Positions 1-12,500 of a stretch of 64,000 nucleotides of DNA are shown piece by piece (within the stretch, counting starts at the first letter, position 1; every line of letters begins with the position of its first letter). The DNA lies in contig JBNRSN020000028.1 of assembly GCA_051313645.2 (NCBI GenBank), positions 14,756,001 through 14,820,000 of the forward strand, given 5' to 3'. A model generated the notes under the pieces. That model was not told the origin of the DNA. It saw nothing but the letters and a program-made list of their open reading frames with translations, and searched no databases. Made by a program: the position numbers and the translations under genes. The stretch is from Centroscyllium fabricii (lineage: Eukaryota).

Positions 1-2600
1 AGGAGGAGATTGAGTGTGTTGTCAGTGTGTCTTGTATTAGCAGGAGTCCGTGGTGAGGAGGGGATTGAGTGTGTTGTCAGTGTGTCTTGTATTAGCAGGA
101 GTCCGTGGTGGGGAGGGGATTGAGTGTGTTGTCAGTGTGTCTTGTATCAGCAGGAGTCCGTGGTGAGGAGGGGATTGAGTGTGTTGTCAGTGTGTCTTGT
201 ATTAGCAGGAGTCCGTGGTGAGATGAGGATTGAGTGTGTTGCCAGTGGGTCTTGTATTAGCAGGGTACGTGGTGATGAGGGGATTGAGTGTGTTGTCAGT
301 GTGTCTTGCATCAGCAGGAGTCCGTGGTGAGGAGGGGATTGAGCGTGTTGTCAGTGTGTCTTGTATTAGCAGGAGTCCGTGGTGAGGAGGCGATTGAGCG
401 TGTTGTCAGTGTGTCTTGTATTAGCAGGAGTCCGTGGTGAGGAGGGGATTGAGTGTGTTGTCAGTGTGTCTTGTATCAGCAGGAGTCCGTGGTGAGGAGG
501 GGATTGAGTGTGTTGTCAGTGTGTCTTGTATCAGCAGGAGTCCGTGGTGAGGAGGGGATTGAGTGTGTTGTCAGTGTGTCTTGTATTAGCAGGAGTCCGT
601 GGTGAGATGAGGATTGAGTGTGTTGCCAGTGGGTCTTGTATTAGCAGGGTACGTGGTGAGGAGGGGATTGAGTGTGTTGTCAGTGTGTCTTGTGTCAGCA
701 GGAGTCCGTGGTGAGGAGGGGATTGAGCGTGTTGTCAGTGTGTCTTGTATTAGCAGGAGTCCGTGGTGAGGAGGCGATTGAGCGTGTTGTCAGTGTGTCT
801 TGTATTAGCAGGAGTCCGTGGCGAGGAGGGGATAAAGTGTGTTGTCAGTGTGTCTTGTATTAGCAGGAGTCCGTGGTTATGAGGGGATTGAGTGTGTTGT
901 CAGTGTGTCTTGTATTAGCAGGGGTCCGTGGTGAGGAGGGGATTGAGTGTGTTGCCAGTGGGTCTTGTATTAGCAGGGGTCCGTGGTGAGGAGGGGATTG
1001 AGCGTGTTGTCAGTGTGTCTTGTATTAGCAGGAGTCCGTGGTGAGGAGGGGATTGAGTGTGTTGTCAGTGTGTCTTGTATTAGCAGGGGTCCGTGGTGAG
1101 GAGAGGGTTGAGTGTGTTGTCAGAGTGTCTTGTATTAGCAGGAGTCCGTGGTGAGCAGGGGATTGAGTGTGTTGTCAGTGTGTCTTGTATCAGCAGGGTC
1201 CGTGGTGAGGAGGGGATTGAGTGTGTTGTCAGTGTGTCTTGTATTAGCAGGGTCCGTGGTGAGGAGGCGATTGAGTGTGTTGTCAGTGTGTCTTGTATTA
1301 GTAGGAGTCCGTGGTGAGGAGGTGATTGAGTGTGTTGTCAGTGTGTCTTGTATTAGCAGGGTCCGTGGTGAGATGGGGATTGAGTGTGTTGTCAGTGTGT
1401 CTTCTATTAGCAGGAGTCCATGGTGAGGAGGGGATTGAGTGTGTTGCCAGTGGGTCTTGTATTAGCAGGGTCCGTGGTGAGGAGGTGATTGAGTGTGTTG
1501 CCAGTGGGTCTTGTATCAGCAGGGGTCCGTTGTGAGGAGCGGATTGAGTGTGTTGTAAGTGTGTCTTGTATTAGCAGGAGTCCGTGGTGAGGAGGGGATT
1601 GAGTGTGTTGTCAGTGTGTCTTGTATTAGCAGGGGTCCGTGGTGAGGAGGGGATTGAGGGTGTTGTCAGTGTGTCTTGTATTAGCAGGAGTCCGTGGCGA
1701 GGAGGGGATTAAGTGTGTTGTCAGTGTGTCTTGTATTAGCAGGAGTCCGTGGTTAGGAGGGGATTGAGTGTGTTGTCAGTGTGTCTTGTATTAGCAGTGG
1801 TCCGTGGTGAGGAGGGGATTGAGTGTGTTGTCAGTGTGTCTTGTATCAGCAGGGTCCGTGGTGAGGAGGGGATTGAGTGTGTTGTCAGTGTGTCTTCTAT
1901 TAGCAGGAGTCCGTGGTGAGGAGGAGATTGAGTGTGTTGTCAGTGTGTCTTGTATTAGCAGGGGTCCGGGTTGAGGAGGGGACTGAGTTTGTTGTCAGTG
2001 TGTCTTGTATTAGCAGGAGTCCGTGTTGAGGAGGGGATTGAGTGTGTTGTCAGTGTGTCTTGTATTAGAGGAGTCCGTGGTGAGATGGGGATTGAGTGTG
2101 TTGTCACTGTGTCTTGTATTAGCAGGAGTCCGTGTTAAGGAGGGGATTGAGTGTGTTGCCAGTGGGTCTTGTATTAGCAGGGTCCGTGGTGAGGAGGCGA
2201 TTGAGTGTGTTGGCAGTGTGTCTTGTATCAGCAGGTGTCCGTGGTGAGGAAGGGATTGAGTTTGTTGCCAGTGTGTCTTGTATCAGCAGGAGTCCGTGGT
2301 GAGGAGGGGATTGAATGTGTTGTCAGTGTGTCTTGTATTAGCAGGAGTCCGTGGTGAGATGAGGATTGAGTGTGTTGCCAGTGGGTCTTGTATTAGCAGG
2401 GTACGTGGTGAGGAGGGGATTGAGTGTGTTGTCAGTGTGCCTTGTATCAGCAGGAGTCCGTGGTGAGGAGGGGATTGAGCGTGTTGTCAGTGTGTCTTGT
2501 ATTAGCAGGAGTCCGTGTTGAGGAGGGGATTGAGTTTGTTGCCAGTGTGTCTTGTATCAGCAGGAGTCCGTGGTGAGGAGGGGATTGAGTGTGTTGTCAG
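1..2600. repeat. 54/55-bp tandem satellite, left block (continues beyond window start)
   Basis: Unit aggagtccgtggtgaggaggggattgagtgtgttgtcagtgtgtcttgtattagc repeated head-to-tail, with 54-bp variants (agggtcc). Confidence 0.98.
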
Positions 2601-3051
2601 TCGCCTCGAGGGTACAATTAAAATCTCCCCCGAGGATGATGCACTCGCCGCCGTCGACAGAGCTCAGAAGAGCGGACACTTCTTCAAAGAAGCGCACTTG
2701 CTGCGCACCGATCTGAGGGGCATACACGTTCACAAGATGGAGCGGCACGCCCCCGTGATGAACAGTGACCTGGAGCAAGCGGCCCGGCACGTGCTCCTTG
2801 ACCCTCAATATCTCCGGCTGAAAATGTGGGGACAGCAAGATAGCCACCCCGCTGGACATGTTGGAGAGGTGACTCATGCTGACCCCTCCTTGCCACTCCA
2901 GGAGCCACGTGGCCTCGTCTCCCGGAACGGTGTGGGTTTCTTGCAGGAAGCACACCGCATACTTCCCGTCCCGACGGACCGAGAATTTGTTATATCTACT
3001 GTATGCCTCCCTGCTGCCGTTGATGTTAAGGCTAGCTATGGTTATCTTCAT
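2601..3051 (-). pseudogene. Tx1-like ORF2 N-terminus (AP endonuclease); RT domain missing
   Basis: SLNING, CFLQETH, GVAILLS, VNVYAP and GGDFN motifs, after which the frame runs into satellite. Confidence 0.9.
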
Positions 3052-3076
3052 ATCAGCAGTCTAATACTAATTTTTC

Positions 3077-5210
3077 CTATCGGGGAGAAGGAGCGCAATC
3101 CTTGGATATACGCTCCTTCTTCCGCAGCCCATTGAGGAACTTCTTGAGCCGGCGCAGCTCGAGGTCATTATCGCCCCTGTCCGTGGCCAAGGTTTTAATG
3201 GCGACGCGGACAGATAAAATGAGCGGCGCCAGCTCCGACCACCTTTCGATGGCCTGACGGACCAGTTTTTGGTGACCCAGGCGCACGGCCACAAATTTCC
3301 GGAGCGCCGCCACGGGGATGAGGGGAGACTCGGCGGGGGGCTCGGGGCCGTCCACCACCTCATCGGTGATGAACTCCAGATCATCGTCCGCGCCCGGCTC
3401 CGAGTCCTCGTCCTCCTCCGGAAGGCCACCACCGGCGTCCGATCCATCAGCCGCGCATAACGCGACTAACGGCTCGGCCGCACCGTCTGACCCTACCTCT
3501 GTCTCGATCCCACCCCCAGGATCGGTAGCAGAGGAGTCCTCCCTGGGCTCCACCAGGGGTGCCGGGCCAGAGGGGGGCAGCAGTTCGGGGCTCCCCTCCT
3601 CCTCAAGCGCCGGAGAGCACGGAGAGACGGGGATGTATTCATATATTATCTTCTCCTGTGCGTCCGACGCCGATGTTGAGGGAGGGGTGAAGGAGCCGTC
3701 ACCTTCCCCGCCACCAACCACTGACCCAGCTTGTAGGGTATCCTGGCTTAGACTCTCGACCATATCGAGCAGCTCCTGGACAATACCGTTTTTGTTTTGG
3801 GCGAGGTCTATCCCTTCGACCTAGTCCACCCCTGTCTCCAGGACGCCCGACCCGTCGAGGTAAATTTGTTCCCCTTGAGGGTTTTGGTATTGCAGAGGTT
3901 GTTCCGCGTCCCCCCCCCTCGGGCAGGGCCATATCCCCATCCCCGGGAGACACAGGCGGGGCAATCTCATCCGCCCCACTCTCCCGCAAGACAGGCGACC
4001 CCCGCCCGTCTTTTACAACTATAGTGATTTTGGGAGGGGGCGCGGAGCACGACGATTCCGCTCCCTCGGGGGGACCGTCCTCATGATCACGGCCCCCCTG
4101 CTGACCCTGGGAGTCGAAGTCCTGCTTCCTTTTTATCCCGAAGGGCCACTGAGCGGGGGTGACCTCCATTTCTTCTAAGGCCACCCCCTCCTCTGTTCCC
4201 CCCGGCTGAATAGTTGTTTCGGGCCCCTTTTATCCGAGCCCTGCCGCAGTTGTTAGGTTTTCTGCCATGGCAGTGGCGGCCGCAGGCTCAGACTCGGGGC
4301 CCTCCTTGCTCCCATATTGATCCACCAGACCCTTGATGTAATCGGGAGTCATGGCTGGCAGGTCCTGCTGTTGGGCATCCCCTTCTAGGGGACCCTCCCT
4401 CCTTTGTTTTCTTTTGTTCCGCGCCTTCTTTCTGGCCGGACATGTTTCCTCCCCCCCGCCGGAGGCCGTGATGACATTGGCCTCCGACGACTCCCGCGCA
4501 CCCGACTTCCAAGACACGCGGCCTGACTCTGGGGGATGAGCGGCGCCGGTGCCATTTTTGGCCGCACTATTATTGGCGGCCTTGGAGGCGGGGCAGTTCC
4601 TCCTGATATGCCACACCTCCTTACATGCATGGCACCGCACGTTGTCCGTCGTCCAGAAGACGCAGTAGGCGGTCCCCTGGTACAGCACGGGGAACGCGCC
4701 ATCAGTGTCCTCCTCCCGCGCCAGCTGCATAAATAGCTGACGCCGGAAGGAGAAGACGTGGCGAAGGCTGGCCTCCCGGAACCCGAGCGGGATGGGCGTT
4801 ATCCCCGATCTCACCTCCCCAAGTTTGCGTAGGTGGGGGAGGAGGAGCTCACCGGGAATATAGGGCAGGATGTTTGAGAGGACCACCCTCTGCCCGGCGG
4901 CCTCAAGAGGGTCCACCGACAGGAAGGTGCCGCCCACGGTGAGCCCTTGTTCGATGGCCAGGGCCGCCGCCCGCTCAGATTTCAGGAAGAACACAGCCTT
5001 CCCATACATTTTAGAGGCCGCGACGATGGCTGAGGGGCCGACCACCCCAGCCATGGCCTTGAAGCATGCCTCTATTGTCATTGATGGGTGAGCGTAGCTC
5101 CGCACCCCCAGTTTCATTGTTAGTAGCCGGAAAGGTGACGGGGCATCAGGGGCAGCCGTGGTCTTGGCAGTGGATGCCACGGTTGCGTATGTTCCCGATG
5201 TCCCCGCCAC
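3077..5210 (-). pseudogene. Tx1-like ORF1 (zinc-knuckle nucleic-acid-binding protein), broken into three frames
   Basis: ORFs 4230-5210, 3699-4184 and 3077-3763 are collinear; CX2CX4HX4C motif; long low-complexity acidic/proline-rich linker. Confidence 0.8.
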
Positions 5211-6569
5211 CAGCGAAGATGTTGTCGCTATGCTACCAGGTGGGGAGGGGGTTTGGAGCCATGCTCACCCCAAGTCACAGGCCTTAGAGTTTAAAATGGC
5301 CTCAGATTGTTTTATTTGATTTTCCTCTTGAGCAGAGGGGGGGGGGTGATTAGATAAAGACACACCCCTCCCCTTGATGACAGAAGGGGGCTTAGGGGCC
5401 TTCTCCCCTCTACTCAATTGGCAATAGAAAAAATGAAAGGAAAGTAAATAATTGAGGCGCCTCTAGGGAAAGAGGCAGAGAGAGAGAGAGAGAGAGAGAG
5501 AGGGGTGGTGGGAAGGAGGGAGACCACAAGGGTTGGGTCCCCACTCAGGATGGATGGGTGGGTGGGTGTTGACTAAAGCAGGGTGCACTCTGCGATGGAA
5601 AAAGAAACCCCGGATGATGGTCTTCTGGTGGGGGGAGAAGATGTCTTCACCTGGGATAGCTGGAGATGCCCAGGCTCAGTCCACACCAGGTCTTTAAATA
5701 TGTTCGATTAATCAAAGACTTCACCTAGGCAGCTCCAGCTGTCCCAGGCCAGGCAATAGAAGGGGTGTTTTTAGTGGTGTGCGTGGCCTAGTTTGAATAG
5801 AAACCACACACAGACACACACACCCCTTGATGGTCCGGCCTTCTGGTCTTCTTTTCACCCCCTCCCACAAATAAACACAGTCTTTGAGAGAGTGCACCTA
5901 ATGAAACAACACCCACCTTCAGATGGTTATTCTCCCTCCTTCCGAGCAGTTGGTGATGATGATATCTTCCTCACCCCTCTCTCCCTCTCCCGAAATGGAG
6001 GCCAATCTGGAAGGCAATGATGGGTAGGCCTCAATGTTGTTGTTTTTGCCGGATTCTTGGCCTCCCTTTCCTCTCCTCCGTTTTCTCTCCCGAGGCACCT
6101 CTGCTTTACAAAGTATTCGAAGGGATGAATCCCAGCACTGAGTTCAGCAGTAAATTTAACTCTTCTGTAACTGAGCTTCAGGTGGCAGAACGCAATGTCC
6201 AGAATGTAGGCAACCGTAGTTCTCCGAAGTCCGCTCCACAGCTAAGACTCACTCTACCCGAGTTTCCAGAAGAGAATACATCATCTACAAGGCAGGGGAA
6301 CGCCCAAACCCATTGCCTCTCCAGGAGCTCAGACAGCAACCACTCCTTCGTAGTAATGAGCAGTAAGTAGAATGATCCGGCCACTGCCTGGTCTCAGCAC
6401 CCAGCTTATAAGCCGACTAGATAGATTAGTGCTAACCAATAAGAATGCAGGTATAGAGAACGAGGAACCCACAGGTATGTGCACAGGTAATTGAGGTATA
6501 ATGAACCAAAACAGAGAACAAAACATAGAATTCCAAAACGGATTCCTTAAAGGGGAATGCCATCTGTGA

Positions 6570-9500
6570 CAGGAGTCCGTGGTGAGATGGGGATTGAGTG
6601 TGTTGTCACTGTGACTTGTATTAGCAGGAGTCCGTGTTGAGGAGGGGATTGAGTGTGTTGCCAGTGGGTCTTGTATTAGCATGGACCGTGGTGAGGAGGG
6701 GATTGAGTGTGTTGTCAGTGTGTCTTGTATCAGCAGGTGTCCGTGGTGAGGAAGGGATTGAGTGTGTTGTCAGTGTGTCTTGTAGTAGCAGGAGTCCGTG
6801 TTGAGGAGGGGATTGAGCGCGTTGTCAGTGTGTCTTGTATTAGCAGGAGTCCGTGTTGAGGAGGTGATTGAGTGTGTTGCCAGTGTGTCTTTTATCAGCA
6901 GGAGTCCGTGGTGAGGTGGGGATTGAGTGTGTTGTCAGTGTGTCTTGAATTAGCAGGAGTCCGTGGTGAGATTGAGATTGAGTGTGTTGCCAATGGGTCT
7001 TGTATTAGCAGGAGTCCGTGTTGAGGAGGGGATTCAGTGTGTTGCCAGTGGGTCTTGTATTAGCAGGGTCCGTGGTGAGGAGGGGATTCAGTGTGTTGTC
7101 AGTGTGTCTTGTATCAGCAGGAGTCCGTGGTGAGGAGGGGATTGAGCGTGTTGTCAGTGTGTCTTGTATTAGCAGGAGTCCGTGGTGAGGAGGGGATTGA
7201 GTGTGTTGTCAGTGTGTCTTGTATTAGCAGGAGTCCGTGGTAAGGAGGGGATTGAGTGTGCTGTCAGTGTGTCTTGTATTAGCAGGGGTCCGTGGTGAGG
7301 AGGGGATTGAGGGTGTTGTCAGTGTGTCTTGTATTAGCAGGAGTCCGTGGTGAGATGGGGATTGAGTGTTTTGTCAGTGTGTCTTGTATTAGCAGGGTCC
7401 GTGTTGAGGAGGGGATTGAGTGTGTTGTCAGTGTGTCTTGTATTAGCAGGAGTCCGTGTGGAGTAGGGGATTGTGGGTGTTGTCAGTGTGTTTTGTATAG
7501 CAGGGGTCCCTGGTGAGGAGGGGATTGAGTGTGTTGTCAGTGTGTCTTGTATTAGCAGGTTCCGTGTTGAGGAGGGGATTGAGTGTGTTGTCAGTGTGTC
7601 TTGTATTAGCAGGGGTCCGTGGTGAGGAGGAGATTCAGTGTGTTGTCAGTGTGTCTTGAATTAGCGGGGTCCATGGTAAGGAGCGGATTGAGTGTGTTGT
7701 CAGTGTTTCATGTATTTGCAGGGTCCGTGGTGAGGAGGGGATTGAGTGTGTTGTCAGTGTGTCTTTTAATAGCAGGGTCCGTGGTGAGGATGGGATTGAG
7801 TGTGTTGTCAGTGTGTCTTGAATTAGCAGGAGTCCGTGGTGAGGAGGGGATTGAGTGTGTTGTCAGTGTGTCTTGTATTAGCAGGAGTCCCTGGTGAGGA
7901 GGGGATTGAATGTGTTGTCAGTGTGTCTTGTATTAGCAGGAGTCCGTGGTGAGGAGGGGATTGAGTGTGTTGTCAGTGTGTCTTGCATTAGCAGGGGTCC
8001 GTGGTGAGGAGGGGATTGAGCGTGTTGTCAGTGTGTCTTGTATTGGCAGGAGTCCGTGGTGAGGAGGGGATTGAGTGTGTTGTCAGTGTGTCTTGTATTA
8101 GCAGTGCTCCGTGGTGAGGAGAGGATTGAGTGTGTTGTCAGTGTGTCTTGTATTAGCAGGAGTCCGTGGTGAGCAGAGGTTTGAGTGTGTTGTCAGTGTG
8201 TCTTGTATCAGCAGGGTCCGTGGTGAGGATGGGACTGAGTGTGTTGTCAGTGTGTCTTGTATTAGCAGGGTCCGTGGTGAGGAGGCGATTGAGTGTGTTG
8301 TCAGTGTGTCTTGTATTGGCAGGGTTCCGTGGTGAGGAGGTGATTGAGTGTGTTGTCAGTGTGTCTTGTATTAGCAGGGTCCGTGGTGAGATGGGGATTG
8401 AGTGTGTTGTCAGTGTGTCTTGTATTAGCAGGGTCCGTGGTGAGATGGGGATTGAGTGTGTTGTCAGTGTGTCTTCTATTAGCAGGAGTCCATGGTGAGG
8501 AGGGGATTGAGTGTGTTGCCTGTGGGTCTTGTATTAGCAGGGTCCGTGGTGAGGAGATGATTGAGTGTGCTGCCAGTGGGTCTTGTATTAGCAGGGGTCC
8601 GTGGTGAGGAGCGGATTGAGTGTGTTGTAAGTGTGCCTTGTATTAGCAGGAGTCCGTGGTGAGGAGGAGATTGAGTGTGTTGTCAGTATGTTTTGTATTA
8701 GCAGGAGTCCGTGGTTAGGAGGGGATTGAGTGTGTTGTCAGTGTGTCTTTTATTAGCAGGGGTCCGTGGTGAGGAGGGGATTGAGTGTGTTGTCTGTGTG
8801 TCTTCTATCAGCAGGGTCCGTGGTGAGGAGGAGATTGAGTGTGTTGTCAGTGTGTCTTGTATTAGCAGGAGTCCGTGGTGAGGAGGAGATTGAGTGTGTT
8901 GTCAGTGTGTCTTGTATTAGCAGGGGTCCGTGTTGAGGAGGGGATTGAGTTTCTTGTCAGTGTGTCTTGTATTAGCAGGAGTCCGTGTTGAGGAGGGGAT
9001 TGAGTGTGTTGTCAGTGTGTCTTGTATTAGAGGAGTCCGAGGTGAGATGGGGATTCAGTGTGTTGTCAGTGTGTCTTGTATTAGCAGGAGTCCGTGTTAA
9101 GGAGGGGATTGAGTGTGTTGCCACTGGGTCTTGTATTAGCAGGGTCCGTGGTGAGGAGGGGATTGAGTGTGTTGTCAGTGTGTCTTGTATCAGCAGGTGT
9201 CCGTGGTGAGGAAGGGATTGAGTGTGTTGTCAGTGTGTCTTGTAGTAGCAGGAGTCCGTGTTGAGGAGGGGATTGAGTGTGTTGCCAGTGTGTCTTGTAT
9301 CAGCAGGAGTCCGTGGTGAGATGAGGATTGAGTGTGTTGTTGTGGGTCTTGTATTAGCAGGGTCCGTGGTGAGGAGGGGATTGAGTGTGTTGTCAGTGTG
9401 TCTTGTATCAGCAGGAGTCCGTGGTGAGGAGGGAATTGAGCGTGTTGTCAGTGTGTCTTGTATTAGCAGGAGTCCGTGGTGAGATGAGGATTGAGTGTGT

Positions 9501-12500
9501 TGTTGTGGGTCTTGTATTTGCAGGGTCCGTGGTGAGGAGGGGATTGAGAGTGTTGTCAGTGTGTCTTCTATCAGCAGGAGTCCGTGGTGAGGAGGGAATT
9601 GAGCGTGTTGTCAGTGTGTCTTGTATTAGCAGGACTCCGTGTTAAGGAGGGGATTGAGTGTGTTGCCAGTGGGTCTTGTATTAGCAGCGTCCGTGGTGAG
9701 GAGGGGATTGAGTGTGTTGTCCGTGGGTCTTGTATTAGCAGGGATCCGTGGTGAGGAGGTGATTGAGGGTGTTGTCAGTGTGTCTTGTATTAGCAGGGAT
9801 CCGTGGTGAGGAGGTGATTGAGTGTGTTGTCAGTGTGTCTTGTATTAGCAGGATCCGTGGTGAGGAGGGGATTGAGTGTGTTGTCAGTGTGTCTTGTATT
9901 AGCAGGGTCCGTGGTGAGGAGGGTATTGAGTGTGTTGTCAGTGTGTCTTGTATTAGCAGGGCCCGTGGTGAGTTGGGGATTGAGTGTGTTGTCAATGTGT
10001 CTTCTATTAGCAGGAGTCCATGGTGAGGAGGGGATTGAGTGTGTTGTCATTAGGTCTTGTATCAGCAGGGTCCGTGGTGAGGAGCGAATTGAGTGTGTTG
10101 TAAATGTGTCTTGTATTAGCAGGAGTCCGTGGTGAGGAGGAGATTGAGTGTTTTGTCAGTGTGCCTTGTATTAGCAGGAGTCCGTGGCGAGGAGGGGATT
10201 AAGTGTGTTGTCAGTGTGTCTTGTATTAGCAGGAGTCCGTTGTTAGGAGGGGATTGAGTGTGTTGTCAGTGTGCCTTGTATTAGCAGGGGTCCGTGGTGA
10301 GGAGGGGATTGAGTGTGTTGTCAGTATGTCTTGAATTAGCGGGGTCCGTGGTGAGGAGGGGATTGAGTGTGTTGTCAGTGTGTCGTGTCTTTGCAGGGTC
10401 CGTGGTGAGGAAGCGATTGAGTGTGTTGTCAGTGTGTCTTGAATTAGCAGGAGTCCGTGGTGAGGAAGGGATTGAGTGTGTTGTCAGTGTGTCTTGCATT
10501 AGCAGGGGTCCGTGGTGAGGAGGGGATTGAGCGTGTTGTCAGTGTGTCTTATATTGGCAGGAGTCCGTGGTGAGGAGGGGATTGAGTGTTTTGTCAGTGT
10601 GTCTTGTATTAGCAGTGGTCCGTGGTGAGGAGAGGATTGAGTGTGTTGTCAGTGTGTCTTGTATTAGCAGGAGTCCGTGGTGAGCAGGGGTTTGAGTGTG
10701 TTGTCAGTGTGTCTTGTATCAGCAGGGTCCGTGGTGAGGAGGGTATTGAGTGTGTTGTCAGTGTGTCTTGTATTAGCAGGGTCCGTGGTGAGGAGGCGAT
10801 TGAGTGTGTTGTCAGTGTGTCTTGTATTAGCAGGGGTCCGTGGTGAGGAGGCGATTGAGTGTGTTGTCAGTGTGTCTTGTATTAGCAGGGGTCCGTGGTG
10901 AGGAGGTGATTGAGTGTGTTGTCAGTGTGTCTTGTATTAGCAGGGTCCGTGGTTAGATGGGGATTGAGTGCGTTGTCAGTGTGTCTTGTATTAGCAGGGT
11001 CCGTGGTGAGGACGGGTTTGATTGTGTTGTCAGTGTGTCTTGTATTAGCAGGGTCCGTGGTGAGGACGGTATTGAGTGTGCTGTCAGTGTGTCTTGTATT
11101 AGCAGTGTCCGTGGTGAGATGGGGATTGAGTGTGTTGTCAGTGTGTCTTCTATTAGCAGGAGTCCATGGTGAGGAGGAGATTGAGTGTGTTGCCAGTGGG
11201 TCTTTTATTAGCAGGGTCCGTGGTGAGGAGATGATTGAGTGTGTTGCCAGTGGGTCTTGTATTAGCAGGGGTCCGTGGTGAGGAGCGGATTGAGTGTGTT
11301 GTAAGTGTGTCTTGTATTAGCAGGAGTCCGTGGTGAGGAGGAGATTGAGTGTGTTGTCAGTGTGTCTTGTATTAGCAGGAGTCCCTGGTGAGGAGGGGAT
11401 TGAATGTGTTGTCAGTGTGTCTTGTATTAGCAGGAGTCCTTGGTGAGGAGGGGATTGAGTGTGTTGTCAGTGTGTCTTGCATTAGCAGGGGTCCGTGGTG
11501 AGGAGGGGATTGAGCGTGTTGTCAGTGTCTCTCATATTGGCAGGAGTCCGTGGTGAGGAGGGGATTGAGTGTGTTGTCAGTGTGTCTTGTATTAGCAGTG
11601 GTCCGTGGTGAGGAGAGGATTGAGTGTGTTGTCAGTGTGTCTTGTATTAGCAGGAGTCCGTGGTGAGCAGGGGTTTGAGTGTGTTGTCAGTGTGTCTTGT
11701 ATCAGCAGGGTCCGTGGTGAGTAGGGGATTGAGTGTGTTGTCAGTGTGTCTTGTATTAGCAGGGTCCGTGGTGAGGAGGCGATTGAGTGTGTTGTCAGTG
11801 TGTCTTGTATTAACAGGGGTCCGTGGTGAGGAGGTGTTTGAGTGTGTTGTCAGTGTGTCTTGTATTAGCAGGGTCCGTGGTTAGATGGGGATTGAGTGCG
11901 TTGTCAGTGTGTCTTGTATTAGCAGGGTCCGTGGTGAGGACGGGTTTGATTGTGTTGTCAGTGTGTCTTGTATTAGCAGGGTCCGTGGTGAGGAGGGTAT
12001 TGAGTGTGCTGTCAGTGTGTCTTGTATTAGCAGTGTCCGTGGTGAGATGGGGATTGAGTGTGTTGTCAGTGTGTCTTCTATTAGCAGGAGTCCATGGTGA
12101 GGAGGAGATTGAGTGTGTTGCCAGTGGGTCTTGTATTAGCAGGGTCCGTGGTGAGGAGATGATTGAGTGTGTTGCCAGTGGGTCTTGTATTAGCAGGGGT
12201 CCGTGGTGAGGAGCGGATTGAGTGTGTTGTAAGTGTGTCTTGTATTAGCAGGAGTCCGTGGTGAGGAGGAGAATGAATGTGTTGTCAGTATGTCTTGTAT
12301 TAGCAGGAGTTCGTGGTTAGGAGGGGATTGATTGTGTTGTCAGGGTGTCTTGTATTAGCAGGGGTCCGTGGTGAGGAGGGGATTGAGTGTGTTGTCAGTG
12401 TGTCTTGTGTCAGCAGGGTCCGTGGTGAGGAGGAGATTGAGTGTGTTGTCAGTGTGTCTTGTATTAGCAGGAGTCCGTGGTGAGGAGGAGATTGAGTGTG

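Larger units (their letters stand above)
2601..6569 (-). mobile_element. Tx1-like (L1-clade) non-LTR retrotransposon, 3'-truncated, inside the satellite
   Basis: ORF1 has ASKMYGKAVFFL and a CCHC knuckle (CHACKEVWHIRRNC); ORF2 starts MKITIASLNING..LQETH..NVYAP..GGDFN (APE endonuclease). Assignment of 5290-6569 as 5'UTR is less certain. Confidence 0.88.
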
